A stretch of DNA of 49,479 bases from assembly GCA_029288775.1 (NCBI GenBank), contig JARIGQ010000010.1, positions 1 to 49,479 of the forward strand, in the 5' to 3' direction. Under the pieces are notes generated by a model that saw only the letters and a list, made by a program, of their open reading frames with translations, did not search any database and was not told where the DNA came from. This DNA comes from Candidatus Nomurabacteria bacterium (lineage in GTDB: Bacteria; Patescibacteriota; Minisyncoccia; Phycocordibacterales; UBA5272). Shown one piece after another: positions 1 to 8,989 of the stretch. The position numbers and the translations under genes were made by a program. How positions within the stretch are numbered: the first letter of the stretch is position 1; each line of letters opens with the position of its first letter.

Positions 1-121
1 TTCCTCGGAAAACTTGATGTTGTACTCCTTAGAGATCTTGGGGTAGACCTCATCCAGAGCATTCCTTTGCTCCCTTGTTCCCGCAAAGGTGAAGGTTTGG
101 CAAGTTTCAACGGATGCTTCC
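1..121. repeat. Terminal direct repeat, left copy (identical to 49359-49479)
   Basis: ttcctcggaaaac...cggatgcttcc occurs at both ends of the window, 121 bp exact. Confidence 0.97.
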
Positions 122-126
122 TGCAT
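1..126 (-). CDS. 5' part of a 73-aa hypothetical protein spanning the circular junction (126->1, then 49358->49263)
   Basis: ATG at 126, preceded by a GAGGAG RBS and a TGnTAAAAT extended -10. Reads MQEASVETCQTFTFAGTREQRNALDEVYPKISKEYNIKFSEE and continues in frame after joining the ends. Confidence 0.75.
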   Translation of the reverse strand, partial: MQEASVETCQTFTFAGTREQRNALDEVYPKISKEYNIKFSEE

Positions 127-185
127 GAACAATTCTCCTCGTGAAGTTCATTCCGATTTTATCATAATTTATTAAAAGCCTACGA

Positions 186-213
186 GCTGGGGCTCATGGA
201 CGAAGTTGGAACC
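186..213 (+). repeat. tRNA-3'-like 28-bp direct repeat R1 (putative att site)
   Basis: GCTGGGGCTCATGGACGAAGTTGGAACC; near-identical copies at 48699 and 49183. Confidence 0.9.
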
Positions 214-226
214 TATTTATTAAAAT

Positions 227-258
227 AAAAAACCGGGAGGCGATTTTACTCGTCCCCG
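227..258 (-). terminator. Intrinsic terminator of the 287-676 cassette gene
   Basis: Minus strand CGGGGACGA-loop-TCGCCTCCCG imperfect stem followed by a T tract. Confidence 0.55.
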
Positions 259-286
259 TGTTTCTGTGCGTGAATTGCCCGCTGGG

Positions 287-676
287 TTACTGCTTAAGTT
301 TATCCCACCCATTTTTTTCTCGCATCTCATCCAGCAAATCCCACATTCCTGTAAGACGTTCACAACGGTATTGGATATCGCCCACATTCAAGCAGGCAGA
401 CTCCTCTATCCACCAAAATTGCTTGTTCTGCGAGAGTGCATAGGCAACAAGTGCCTCAGACATTTTTTGGTTCGTCATTTCCCAGGAAGGATGAACGTCT
501 CCGACAAAGTTGTCGATACCCATGTTGGGCATATGACTGCAGACCATGTTTCTGATCTGCCAATCTTCCTCACCTCCGCACAAGAGAAGGGGGGCAAATG
601 CCATACCACCCCCGTGAGGATTGGTGTTGATCACACCCGTACCGTCGTTCCCTTGAAAAATAACAAGATAAGCCAT
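287..676 (-). CDS. Hypothetical protein (cassette gene between R1 and R2)
   Basis: 129-aa ORF with its own promoter and terminator; no family recognised. Confidence 0.7.
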   Translation of the reverse strand: MAYLVIFQGNDGTGVINTNPHGGGMAFAPLLLCGGEEDWQIRNMVCSHMPNMGIDNFVGDVHPSWEMTNQKMSEALVAYALSQNKQFWWIEESACLNVGDIQYRCERLTGMWDLLDEMREKNGWDKLKQ

Positions 677-725
677 TCTTAAAACCTTTCTACGGTATAT
701 GTTTGAAAGTTAAAACCCAGAAATT

Positions 726-753
726 ATTGTACTATAAAAAATCTATTTGTCAA
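726..753 (-). promoter_or_regulatory. Sigma70-type promoter for 287-676
   Basis: TTGACA-16 nt-TACAAT on the minus strand, with the -35 abutting repeat R2. Confidence 0.65.
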
Positions 754-755
754 AT

Positions 756-783
756 GCTGGGGCTGTGGGAAGAAGTTGGAACT
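756..783 (+). repeat. tRNA-3'-like direct repeat R2 (variant)
   Basis: GCTGGGGCTGTGGGAAGAAGTTGGAACT. Confidence 0.85.
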
Positions 784-786
784 TTT

Positions 787-1329
787 TTAGAGTCCAAGTC
801 TATCTCTTGTTAGTTCAAAAGCGATCACATTTTGCCCTGTCGGAGCATCTTGCTTCAGAATTAGGTCGTATGCTTCCTTAAAAGGCAGCTTCTTTACTTC
901 CAAGTGCTCGTGCTCGTCAGCCTTAAGAGAACTCTTTGACAAATCAGTAGCTAGAAAAATATGAAACTTGTTCCTCATATGGTTAAACGGATAAATAGTA
1001 ATCAACTTTTCTAATTTACCGGCTTTCATGCCAATTTCTTCTTGTAACTCACGCTGAGCTGCTTTTTCTATGTCATCTTCAGTTGGGTCTCCCACTTCGA
1101 TTGCTCCACTTACAACTTCCCACGTAAAATCTTTTCTATTCAATCTCCATTCACGTTTAATGTATACATTTTTATTCTCGTCCATAGCTAAGACAACTAC
1201 CCCATCCTTCCACGAGAAAATATCCCACGTAACATTCTTGTCTTCTGAAGTTATAAGATCTGCTTCAATATGAAAGAAGCGTCCAACACTTTTTATTCTT
1301 TCATTAAGCACATGGAATGGCTTCAACAT
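787..1329 (-). CDS. NUDIX hydrolase (ADP-ribose pyrophosphatase-like)
   Basis: Nudix box GAIEVGDPTEDDIEKAAQRELQEEIG. Start moved to MLKPF (1329) because the longer ORF overlaps the tRNA; TGgTATACT lies 6 nt upstream. Confidence 0.9.
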   Translation of the reverse strand: MLKPFHVLNERIKSVGRFFHIEADLITSEDKNVTWDIFSWKDGVVVLAMDENKNVYIKREWRLNRKDFTWEVVSGAIEVGDPTEDDIEKAAQRELQEEIGMKAGKLEKLITIYPFNHMRNKFHIFLATDLSKSSLKADEHEHLEVKKLPFKEAYDLILKQDAPTGQNVIAFELTRDRLGL

Positions 1330-1345
1330 ACTTAAAGTATACCAG

Positions 1346-1416
1346 CTGGGGTACAAGGACTCGAACCTCGATACTCAGGACCAAAACCTGATGTCCTACC
1401 ATTAGACGATACCCCA
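1346..1416 (-). tRNA. tRNA-Gln (TTG)
   Basis: Acceptor stem TGGGGTA/TACCCCA, anticodon arm TCAGG-TTTTGGT-CCTGA, T arm GGTTCGAGTCC; CCA not encoded. Confidence 0.95.
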
Positions 1417-1461
1417 ATATTATACGGTTCTAAGTACGCTTCGTATCTTTATTGTCCTTCG

Positions 1462-1528
1462 TACTCAGGACCACTTCGTTACCGCTCGCAAGCTCGCTGC
1501 TGATGTCCTACCATTAGACGATACCCCA
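1462..1528 (-). pseudogene. Partial duplicate of tRNA-Gln with a disrupted anticodon loop and no T arm or 3' acceptor strand
   Basis: tactcaggacca and ctgatgtcctaccattagacgataccccaatat are repeated from the tRNA, separated by a ~26-nt insert. Confidence 0.8.
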
Positions 1529-1695
1529 ATATACTTGCAAGTAAATACAGTATATTTCAGTAGTTTTAGTCAAAAAGTATTTGCCTTTATTACTCTTAAT
1601 ACTGCATCTACTGAAACATACTTACTCTTTACTGTGTTGAAATACTACCATTTTCTGTACGTCTTTTCCATAGAGAGCATCAACACGGAGGTACC

Positions 1696-2082
1696 ATGCT
1701 TTTCGTCACCCCTTATCGCGATACGAAGGGAAACCTTCTTCACCTTTCCCTTCACAAATATAACGATCCAAATCGGGAGCGCCGCATCCGAGACGCAATT
1801 GACCGTCTTCTACGGAGCATACAAGGATATACCCATTACGGAAATCCGATCGACATCTTATGGAACTACGTAATCGAGGAACTTAAAAGAATTGGCCCGG
1901 ATAAACGCCCACCTCCATCGCGCGAACCCTTATGCTTGCGCGGGGGCGGCCTTACCCTTATCGCTTCTGCCATCTGCCGGGAGCGATATTGCGCAGAGGT
2001 ACGTTATGGAGACTTTTTGGAAGCTATCTATGAAGACGTCTTCTGGGATCGTACTCCACGTCCTCGAAACGAACGCCAATGA
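1696..2082 (+). CDS. Hypothetical protein
   Basis: 128-aa ORF with a GGAGG RBS and a downstream GC hairpin plus T tract (~2093-2118). Confidence 0.7.
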   Translation: MLFVTPYRDTKGNLLHLSLHKYNDPNRERRIRDAIDRLLRSIQGYTHYGNPIDILWNYVIEELKRIGPDKRPPPSREPLCLRGGGLTLIASAICRERYCAEVRYGDFLEAIYEDVFWDRTPRPRNERQ

Positions 2083-2496
2083 GAATCCGTCTGCGCCGCC
2101 CTTGAGTGGCGTTTTTTTGCCACATATATTCCCAAAATCATCCTCACAACTATCTGCGTGATTAATGTAAGATTTTATAAAAGATTGCGTCACCTACTAC
2201 GGATAGCACATCTCCGAAGGTAGGACTCCCGCCATCAGGCCGTTGATTGCGTTGTGTCTAGCAATAGATATATGGTCTCCTGGTTTTTCTGATGGTGGGA
2301 TTTCTATCTTCGGAACAAAACAACAAATATAGCGATATAGGAGCAAGGACCCGCATAGCATTATGCGGGTTTTTGCTATCTCCATCAATTGTAAAAGCTT
2401 ACAAACGTTGAAAGAAATGGCGTAAATAGCGCGTCAATAGAAGTACCTGCCATCAGGCGGCACACGTTTGATTTTACTTATTTAACTTACACAACC

Positions 2497-2649
2497 ATGC
2501 TTACAACAATAGCAACAATACTTCTCATTCTCTGGCTTCTAGGATACTTTGGTTTTCATGTTCTCGGTGGATTCATTCATATCCTTTTGGTGCTTGCGAT
2601 TATTATGTTTCTTGTTCGCATCATTCAGGGGCGCAATCCAGTAGTATAA
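2497..2649 (+). CDS. Small membrane protein, lmo0937/DUF5670 family
   Basis: Hand-translated MLTTIATILLILWLLGYFGFHVLGGFIHILLVLAIIMFLVRIIQGRNPVV; below the ORF-track cutoff. Confidence 0.85.
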   Translation: MLTTIATILLILWLLGYFGFHVLGGFIHILLVLAIIMFLVRIIQGRNPVV

Positions 2650-2667
2650 AAACACTTTAAACTCTGC

Positions 2668-2766
2668 ATGAGCTCAAGAGCGGTTACAGCCTTTATCGTA
2701 GGCGCAGTTATTGTCATTGCCATCGTCGTATGGGCAATCATACAAGGAATTTCCTACTTCTCTTAG
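2668..2766 (+). CDS. Putative 32-aa single-TM microprotein
   Basis: MSSRAVTAFIVGAVIVIAIVVWAIIQGISYFS fills the gap between genes. Confidence 0.45.
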   Translation: MSSRAVTAFIVGAVIVIAIVVWAIIQGISYFS

Positions 2767-3836
2767 AGCTTTTCTTCTACCACTGATGCATTTCCTCCCG
2801 CTTGTATCGTAAAGGTCATACGTCCGACAATTCTGTTATCACCTGCCTTTACCGTCACTCGCCATTTTCCAGGAACGATGTGCTCCTTTTTGGAGTACGC
2901 CCTATAACCTTCATTCCTTCCTCCTGAAAGATTGAAAGAGATCGTTGTCGAAGGAATCCATTTATTGGTAGCTGCATCATAGTATTCCCATACATGGGTG
3001 ATGGGAGCTGAAATATCTGCTGGCGCGCTGATGGAACTAAAATAATACACCGCGGTATCGTCTGAAGTAAGATGGAATACCGGAGTACGCAATGATGAAA
3101 AGAAAACGGATTCTTTTTCTTTGAATCCTATGTACTCCCCTGTGCTTGAATGTTCGACATCATGATAAATTCCGCTGTGTTTGAGTGAGAGTGGTACCGC
3201 AGGAATGAAATTAAGCACGTACAGCATGCCCACAAATAGCGGAACGCCGAGCGCTAATGCAAACGTGCGCGGACTTTCGAATTCGGCAGTCTCTGAAGTC
3301 TTTCGGAAGAAACTGGCAAACAAAAAGCTTAGAACAGAAGCAATGATGAGTGCAACGATAAACACGAAATCATTCACTGCTCCTAATAAAATGGGTACGT
3401 TAAAGATGGCATAAAAAACGATACCTATGAAATAAACGGCGATATCAAGCGTGAGCCGATAATTATGTGTAGACACATATTCATTGGCTATCATACATAC
3501 CAGAAGTATCAAAAAGAGCGGCCACGACACCGAAAGCGCTGCACTTCGCATTGCGTATACGAACACAAAAGAAAGTGAGGATCCTAAGAAAAACGAAATG
3601 CCAAACGTAAGTAGCGAGAAAAGTCGACGCTCAATGGTGCTTGCGGTATTGCGCGAGACTACCCATTCACGCAGCGGAAGAATAACAGCCAGGATAAGAA
3701 GATAGGACAGTCCTAAATATTTGGTAATTGGTTCGCTAAAATCAGGGAGCAAAAAACTGTCGGAAATAAATCCAACCACGAAGATAATAGTACTTGCATG
3801 CTTCCAGCCTGCCGAAAGAAGCTTTTTGAGAGCCAT
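2763..3836 (-). CDS. Multi-pass membrane protein with a C-terminal DUF2914-like domain
   Basis: Several TM segments, then GGRNEGYRAYSKK...PGKWRVTV; start taken at MALKK. Confidence 0.8.
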   Translation of the reverse strand: MALKKLLSAGWKHASTIIFVVGFISDSFLLPDFSEPITKYLGLSYLLILAVILPLREWVVSRNTASTIERRLFSLLTFGISFFLGSSLSFVFVYAMRSAALSVSWPLFLILLVCMIANEYVSTHNYRLTLDIAVYFIGIVFYAIFNVPILLGAVNDFVFIVALIIASVLSFLFASFFRKTSETAEFESPRTFALALGVPLFVGMLYVLNFIPAVPLSLKHSGIYHDVEHSSTGEYIGFKEKESVFFSSLRTPVFHLTSDDTAVYYFSSISAPADISAPITHVWEYYDAATNKWIPSTTISFNLSGGRNEGYRAYSKKEHIVPGKWRVTVKAGDNRIVGRMTFTIQAGGNASVVEEKL

Positions 3837-3898
3837 AAGGCTAGTGTAACACCCTGTAAGAAGAACCCGTCTTCCGTTGTATACTAAAGGATACATCT

Positions 3899-4318
3899 AT
3901 GAAAACATCTACTATCATTATCGTCGTCGTGCTCGTCATCCTTTTGGGAGGAGGTGCTTGGATCTATCACACCCTTCATACCTACACTCCTTCTACCTAC
4001 GTACAAGAAACCCAAAACGGCGATGGTTCAACTACGGTTACTACTGTAAACACAGAAACAGGTACCTCAACTCCCGGAGCGCCAACGTATACGCTTGCAC
4101 AAGTTGCCACCCACAATGACGCAACTTCCTGTTATTCGGTTATCTCTGGAAAAGTGTATGATCTTACCGCATGGATCAATCTTCACCCTGGAGGCAAGCA
4201 GGCCATCCTTTCAATCTGCGGAATAGACGGTACAGCGCCTTTCATGGCACAGCATCATGGGGCAGCGCGACAAATGAGTATTCTTGCCCGTTACTACATC
4301 GGCAATCTCGCCCAATAA
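3899..4318 (+). CDS. Membrane-anchored cytochrome b5-like heme-binding protein
   Basis: N-terminal TM; YTLAQVATHN, GKVYDLT, HPGG and HHG motifs. Confidence 0.9.
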   Translation: MKTSTIIIVVVLVILLGGGAWIYHTLHTYTPSTYVQETQNGDGSTTVTTVNTETGTSTPGAPTYTLAQVATHNDATSCYSVISGKVYDLTAWINLHPGGKQAILSICGIDGTAPFMAQHHGAARQMSILARYYIGNLAQ

Positions 4319-4319
4319 T

Positions 4320-4754
4320 ATGAATCTTCACACGGCCGTTCTCCCCTTTCATATACTTATCCTTGTATATGTGGCATGGACAGTACTTCATGCGGACCAT
4401 ATGGCATTTTCGTGGATACGTGGAAAAGTAAATACGCTTGATGAGAAAAAAGTAAATCGTTTGCATCGCCATACTTGGTACGGACTTGTCGGTATGATTG
4501 TGACAGGAGTTCTTATGTTCATTCCCCTTCATGAATTTCTCCTTACCCGTCCGCAATTTTATGTAAAGATGGCGTTTGTGCTTGCGCTTGTTATCAATGG
4601 TTTCGTGATTGGACATCTTCAGAAAGTCGCATTTAACAAATCCTTCAAAGAACTCACTGCGCGAGAAAAAATTCCTCTTTTTATTTCCGGAGCAGTTTCT
4701 ACATTATGTTGGCTTGGCGCCGCTGCTGGAGGATTTTATTTGCTCCCCGATTAA
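4320..4754 (+). CDS. Four-TM membrane protein
   Basis: Hydrophobic helices and FYVKMAFVLALVING; directly follows the cytochrome b5 gene. Confidence 0.75.
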   Translation: MNLHTAVLPFHILILVYVAWTVLHADHMAFSWIRGKVNTLDEKKVNRLHRHTWYGLVGMIVTGVLMFIPLHEFLLTRPQFYVKMAFVLALVINGFVIGHLQKVAFNKSFKELTAREKIPLFISGAVSTLCWLGAAAGGFYLLPD

Positions 4755-5761
4755 GCTTCTACAAGCGAAACCATTATCGCCTCAAAAGCTGTCCAGGAAT
4801 GGCTATCCGATATTTCGAGCAAGGGACGCTTTTCGAGCAGCTCTAGGACCATTTTTGAGCCAATTACAAGGGGATATTCCTTGGCAATTCTGGCCAATTC
4901 CTTATTTTCTGGCTCATTCTCCCCTAACCGTGACAAAAGTCCGACGCGAACGCAATCGAGGAAGTCATCATACGTTCTCAGTGCATTTCCAGAAGAAAGT
5001 TTTCCGACAGTAGCAATCGTAGTTTTGGCGTCCTTTTTACATACCGCTTCAAGTAACTTGATGAGCTCTTCTTCTTCGGAAATTCCCAAAAGCGCCGCAA
5101 CTTTTTCTTCTGTTACCTCTACTGCTTTTCCAATAGACACGAGAATCTGTTCAAGAATACCGAGCGCATCTCGGTATGACCCTTTGCCGTGGATGGCAAT
5201 TTTCTTGGCAGATTCTTTGGTGAGTTTTGCTCCACCTTCTTGCTCTGCGACATATATCAATCGTTCAGAGAGTGTATCGATGTCTGGCTGCCGGAAGACT
5301 ACTTTTTGACAGCGGGAAACAATGGTTGCAGGCAACTTTTCAGGATCGGTCGTAGCTAGTATGAAAATTACATGACTTGGTGGCTCTTCAAGCGTCTTAA
5401 GAAGCGCGTTTGCCGCTTCCTTAGTGAGCATGTGTGCTTCATCAATAATATACACCTTATAAGGTGATGAAAATGGTGCTGTACGTACGGCTTCGCGAAG
5501 CTCGCGAATTTCATCGATACCACGATTAGATGCCGCGTCTATTTCGATGATATCTTCATCATTACATCCGATATCCCGAGCAACAATGCGGGCAACAGTA
5601 GTTTTTCCCGTTCCTCGTCCACCGCAGAAAAGATAGGCATGAGAAATTTTCTTCTGCTTGATGGCTTGTGTGAGAAGCTCCACTGCTTGCTTTTGTCCTA
5701 CGACATCCGAAAAAGTTTGTGGGCGGTATTTGCGATAGAGCGCGACGTAGGTTTCTGACAT
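4751..5761 (-). CDS. dnaX: DNA polymerase III subunit gamma/tau
   Basis: LYRKYRPQTF, Walker A GGRGTGKT, EIDAASNRG, IIDEAHML, NALLKTLEEPP, SRC. Confidence 0.97.
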   Translation of the reverse strand: MSETYVALYRKYRPQTFSDVVGQKQAVELLTQAIKQKKISHAYLFCGGRGTGKTTVARIVARDIGCNDEDIIEIDAASNRGIDEIRELREAVRTAPFSSPYKVYIIDEAHMLTKEAANALLKTLEEPPSHVIFILATTDPEKLPATIVSRCQKVVFRQPDIDTLSERLIYVAEQEGGAKLTKESAKKIAIHGKGSYRDALGILEQILVSIGKAVEVTEEKVAALLGISEEEELIKLLEAVCKKDAKTTIATVGKLSSGNALRTYDDFLDCVRVGLLSRLGENEPENKELARIAKEYPLVIGSKMVLELLEKRPLLEISDSHSWTAFEAIMVSLVEA

Positions 5762-5763
5762 AC

Positions 5764-6852
5764 CTACAGTGTAGCAGATTGATGTAAGTCCAAAAAAGTA
5801 AGAATTCTCTCTTCGACTTCAGTTGCATTTTTGCACTCCATGAGTTCTATGCGAAGTTCTTTTGCTCCATCAAAGCCGTTCACATATGCCTTGTAGTGCT
5901 TTTTCATAATGGCAAAGCTTTTGATGTCCCCTAACTTTTCTTCATAGAGTTTGGTGTGCTCGATACAAATCTTAAGGCGCTCCTCAATTGATTTTCCGCG
6001 ATTAAATTCCTCTTCATCAAAAAACCATGGCGTACCAAATATCCCGCGTCCAACCATGACTCCATCTGCGCCGGACTCTTTCGCTTTTTGCTTGCCTTCG
6101 GTTACGGATTTAATGTCGCCATTTCCTAAAATAATAGTTCCGCCTTCTTCAAGCGGGCCAGTTGTGTCACGCACGAGCTTCACAACATCCTTCATAAGAT
6201 CCCAATGGGCATCCACAAGCGACATCTCCTTGCGAGTACGAAGATGTACCGTAAGCGTCGGCACTCCGCATTCCAAAATCTTCGGCAACCATTCCATGAA
6301 TTCAATTTTGTTGTACCCGAGCCGAGTTTTAACTGACACGGGGAGACCTTGTGCTCCTTCTTGTGCTGCGCGAATCACCGCTTGAGCAGTTTTCCAATCT
6401 TTGATATGCGCAGCCCCGGCGCCTTGCTTTTCTATGCTCTTATCCGGACAGCCCATATTGATATCGATGCCGTCAAAGCCAAGTTCCTTGCAGAGTGCGG
6501 CCGCCTTCTTCATATTCTCAGGAGTAGAAGTAAAGAGCTGAGCAACAATGGGCCGCTCGATATCCGTAAACTCAAGATCGCGCTTGAGCACGTCTCGTCC
6601 TGGACTATTCAATCCGTCCGCAGAAACAAACTCCGTCCACATCACATCCGGTCCATGCGGTTTGGAATACTTGGAAATCATAGTGCGAAAGGCAATATCC
6701 GTCACGTCAGCCATAGGCGCAACAACGGTGATAGTCTCACCTTGTGAAAGCTTGTCATCTATAAGCTTCTGCCAAAAACCGCGCACGGGCTTTTGATGAA
6801 TGCGGCGGGTGACGGCTTCCTTATTGAAGAGTTGCTTGAGTGCTTGAAGCAT
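5764..6852 (-). CDS. dusB: tRNA-dihydrouridine synthase
   Basis: APMADVTD, DINMGCP, VSVKTRLG, GNGDI, GVMVGRG. Confidence 0.92.
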   Translation of the reverse strand: MLQALKQLFNKEAVTRRIHQKPVRGFWQKLIDDKLSQGETITVVAPMADVTDIAFRTMISKYSKPHGPDVMWTEFVSADGLNSPGRDVLKRDLEFTDIERPIVAQLFTSTPENMKKAAALCKELGFDGIDINMGCPDKSIEKQGAGAAHIKDWKTAQAVIRAAQEGAQGLPVSVKTRLGYNKIEFMEWLPKILECGVPTLTVHLRTRKEMSLVDAHWDLMKDVVKLVRDTTGPLEEGGTIILGNGDIKSVTEGKQKAKESGADGVMVGRGIFGTPWFFDEEEFNRGKSIEERLKICIEHTKLYEEKLGDIKSFAIMKKHYKAYVNGFDGAKELRIELMECKNATEVEERILTFLDLHQSATL

Positions 6853-7624
6853 GGTCTTGGATTATAGCCCCTCCGGAAGTGTTTGTAAATTTATAGAATA
6901 CTTTATTACCGAAGCGAGCATCGAGATACTGTATATGGGTGGAAGGATCAACCATTTTGCTTTTGAGCGGTTCGGTATCTATGGCACTTAAAAGATTTGA
7001 CCATACTCGATCCAAATTTTCCGTACGAGTAAATGCGATATAGGTCGCGTGAGCGCTGTCGTAAAGCCTTACATCTCCATTTTCGTCGATGTTTATAAAA
7101 TGAATCGGGAAAAAGACCGTATCTACCTTTTCGACAAAGGAATGAAAAGTGGCAAGGTCTTTGGCGGTTAATTGTGTTGTGGAAGCATATTCAAGTTTAG
7201 GTAAATCGGTACGTGACTCAAGCGTTGTATACACAATACCTTCTGGAGAAACAGCTTGTGTCTCTCCGATGGAGAAAAGTGGCACATACGGAACAACGCG
7301 TATAGTAATCGTATGCAGCCCGGAAGGGTGTATTGCAATTTCTTTGGAGTTCGGAAGGATTTCGCGAATAGATTCTTTCAGTATTTGACCATGAAAACTT
7401 ATGACTCGATTTCCGGGTAAAACCCCAAGCAATTTTACATTACTCACCTCATAGGCCCTACTTCGCACTTTGGGAGCATACTCGTCCGGAACACCAATCA
7501 GTTTATAGTTGGTAATAGTAAGCGTTGGTGTCAAAAAATAGATATATCCTAAACCAAACAATAAACAAAGACAGGCAGTTTGTATAAGAATCCGTTTCCA
7601 GAGAAGGTAAGTCCTTCGGCGCAT
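6821..7624 (-). CDS. FtsQ/DivIB-like cell division protein
   Basis: N-terminal TM, POTRA-like segment, C-terminal YLDARFGNKVFYK. Confidence 0.7.
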   Translation of the reverse strand: MRRRTYLLWKRILIQTACLCLLFGLGYIYFLTPTLTITNYKLIGVPDEYAPKVRSRAYEVSNVKLLGVLPGNRVISFHGQILKESIREILPNSKEIAIHPSGLHTITIRVVPYVPLFSIGETQAVSPEGIVYTTLESRTDLPKLEYASTTQLTAKDLATFHSFVEKVDTVFFPIHFINIDENGDVRLYDSAHATYIAFTRTENLDRVWSNLLSAIDTEPLKSKMVDPSTHIQYLDARFGNKVFYKFTNTSGGAIIQDHASSTQATLQ

Positions 7625-7627
7625 ACG

Positions 7628-8902
7628 TTATGAACGAAAAGCCTTTCCAATTACTGTCTTTCCATTCATAAACGGCACAAGAACATCAGGAACTTTTACC
7701 GTACCATCTGCTTGCTGATAGTTTTCGATAATAACCGTTACGAGCCGAGGCGTTGCAGCTGCAGTGTTATTAAGCGAATGAGCGTATCGAAGCTTACCTT
7801 CAGTATCTTTATAACGAATATTGAGACGACGTGTTTGGAAGTCATGGAAATAGCTTGCAGAATGTGTCTCGCGGTATTTCCCCTGGGAAGGCATCCACGC
7901 TTCAATGTCATATTTCTTCACTTGTCCTAAGCCTAGATCTCCTCCGCAATTGATAACCGTATGATACGGAATGCCGAGTTCTTCGAGCATTTCTTCAGCG
8001 TGACGCCGGATTTCTTCATGGAGCGATACAGAGGTTTCGTGGCTTGCCTCACAGAGAATAACTTGTTCGCATTTATAAAATTCATGCACACGCACCAACC
8101 CCTTTACGTCTTTACCGTGACTGCCGGCTTCCTTGCGAAAACATGGACTCCATACGATAAATTTTTTTGGTTGCGAAAGATCATCCAACACTTCATCGGC
8201 ATGATAATACATAGTGGCCACTTCTCCCGTTCCCGCAAAATAATCATTGCCGTCCTTGTAGAGATCATCCTCACCTTGCGGAAGGTAACCGCTCCCGAGC
8301 AGGGTTTCGCGACGCACCAGTGAGGGTACAAGCATAGGAGTAAATCCTTTTGCTTGCCAACGCTGCATTACGTATTGCCAAATGGCCATTTCAAGCATTG
8401 CGGCATCATTTTTCAAAAAATAACCACGGAATCCAGATGTCTTTGTCCCGCGTTCAAAATCAACCATATCCCCTTTTTCCATAAGCTCGATATGATCAAG
8501 CGGAGTAAAGGCATATTCCTTAATCTCTCCCCAAGCATGGGTTTCGACATTGTCTGCATCTGAACTTCCTTCTGGAACAGTCATATCAGGAATATTTGGC
8601 ACCGCAAGCATAAGCGCTCGCCATTCCTTCATAACTGTTTCCAACTCTTCCTCCTTTTTCTTAAGCTCGTCCTTGACCTGCTTCATAGACTCAATAAGGA
8701 GCGCTCGAGCTGCGGCATCCGCCTTCTGAACTTCTTCACTTGCGGCATTTTGCTTGGCACGCAAGTCTTCAACCGCACGGAGTATTGCCAAACGCTTCTC
8801 ATCACACGCTACGAGATCATCCACATTAAAGGAGAGGTGTTTTTTGGAGGCCGCGGCTCGAATGAGGTCAGTTTGCTCACGGATAAATTTGATGTCTAAC
8901 AT
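7628..8902 (-). CDS. serS: Serine--tRNA ligase
   Basis: MLDIKFIR start, coiled-coil arm, CFRKEAGS, GLVRVHEF, KKYDIEAW, HSLNNT. Confidence 0.98.
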   Translation of the reverse strand: MLDIKFIREQTDLIRAAASKKHLSFNVDDLVACDEKRLAILRAVEDLRAKQNAASEEVQKADAAARALLIESMKQVKDELKKKEEELETVMKEWRALMLAVPNIPDMTVPEGSSDADNVETHAWGEIKEYAFTPLDHIELMEKGDMVDFERGTKTSGFRGYFLKNDAAMLEMAIWQYVMQRWQAKGFTPMLVPSLVRRETLLGSGYLPQGEDDLYKDGNDYFAGTGEVATMYYHADEVLDDLSQPKKFIVWSPCFRKEAGSHGKDVKGLVRVHEFYKCEQVILCEASHETSVSLHEEIRRHAEEMLEELGIPYHTVINCGGDLGLGQVKKYDIEAWMPSQGKYRETHSASYFHDFQTRRLNIRYKDTEGKLRYAHSLNNTAAATPRLVTVIIENYQQADGTVKVPDVLVPFMNGKTVIGKAFRS

Positions 8903-8989
8903 GCCTTCTATTCTAACAATAAAGCCTTATGTTTAAAAGCTCATTCTTCCCCACAGGCAAATCCAAGAAAGTGAGGTATACTATGAGAC

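Noticed and set aside
266-682. 138-aa + strand ORF
   Set aside because: It is an antisense shadow of 287-676, which has the promoter and terminator.
186-783. The 28-bp repeats as a CRISPR array
   Set aside because: The spacers are 140-560 bp, unequal and gene-containing, and there are no cas genes.
4751-5761. dnaX as a truncated pseudogene (336 aa, no Zn module)
   Set aside because: All AAA+ motifs are intact and it is tightly packed in its operon; a compact form is plausible in a reduced genome.
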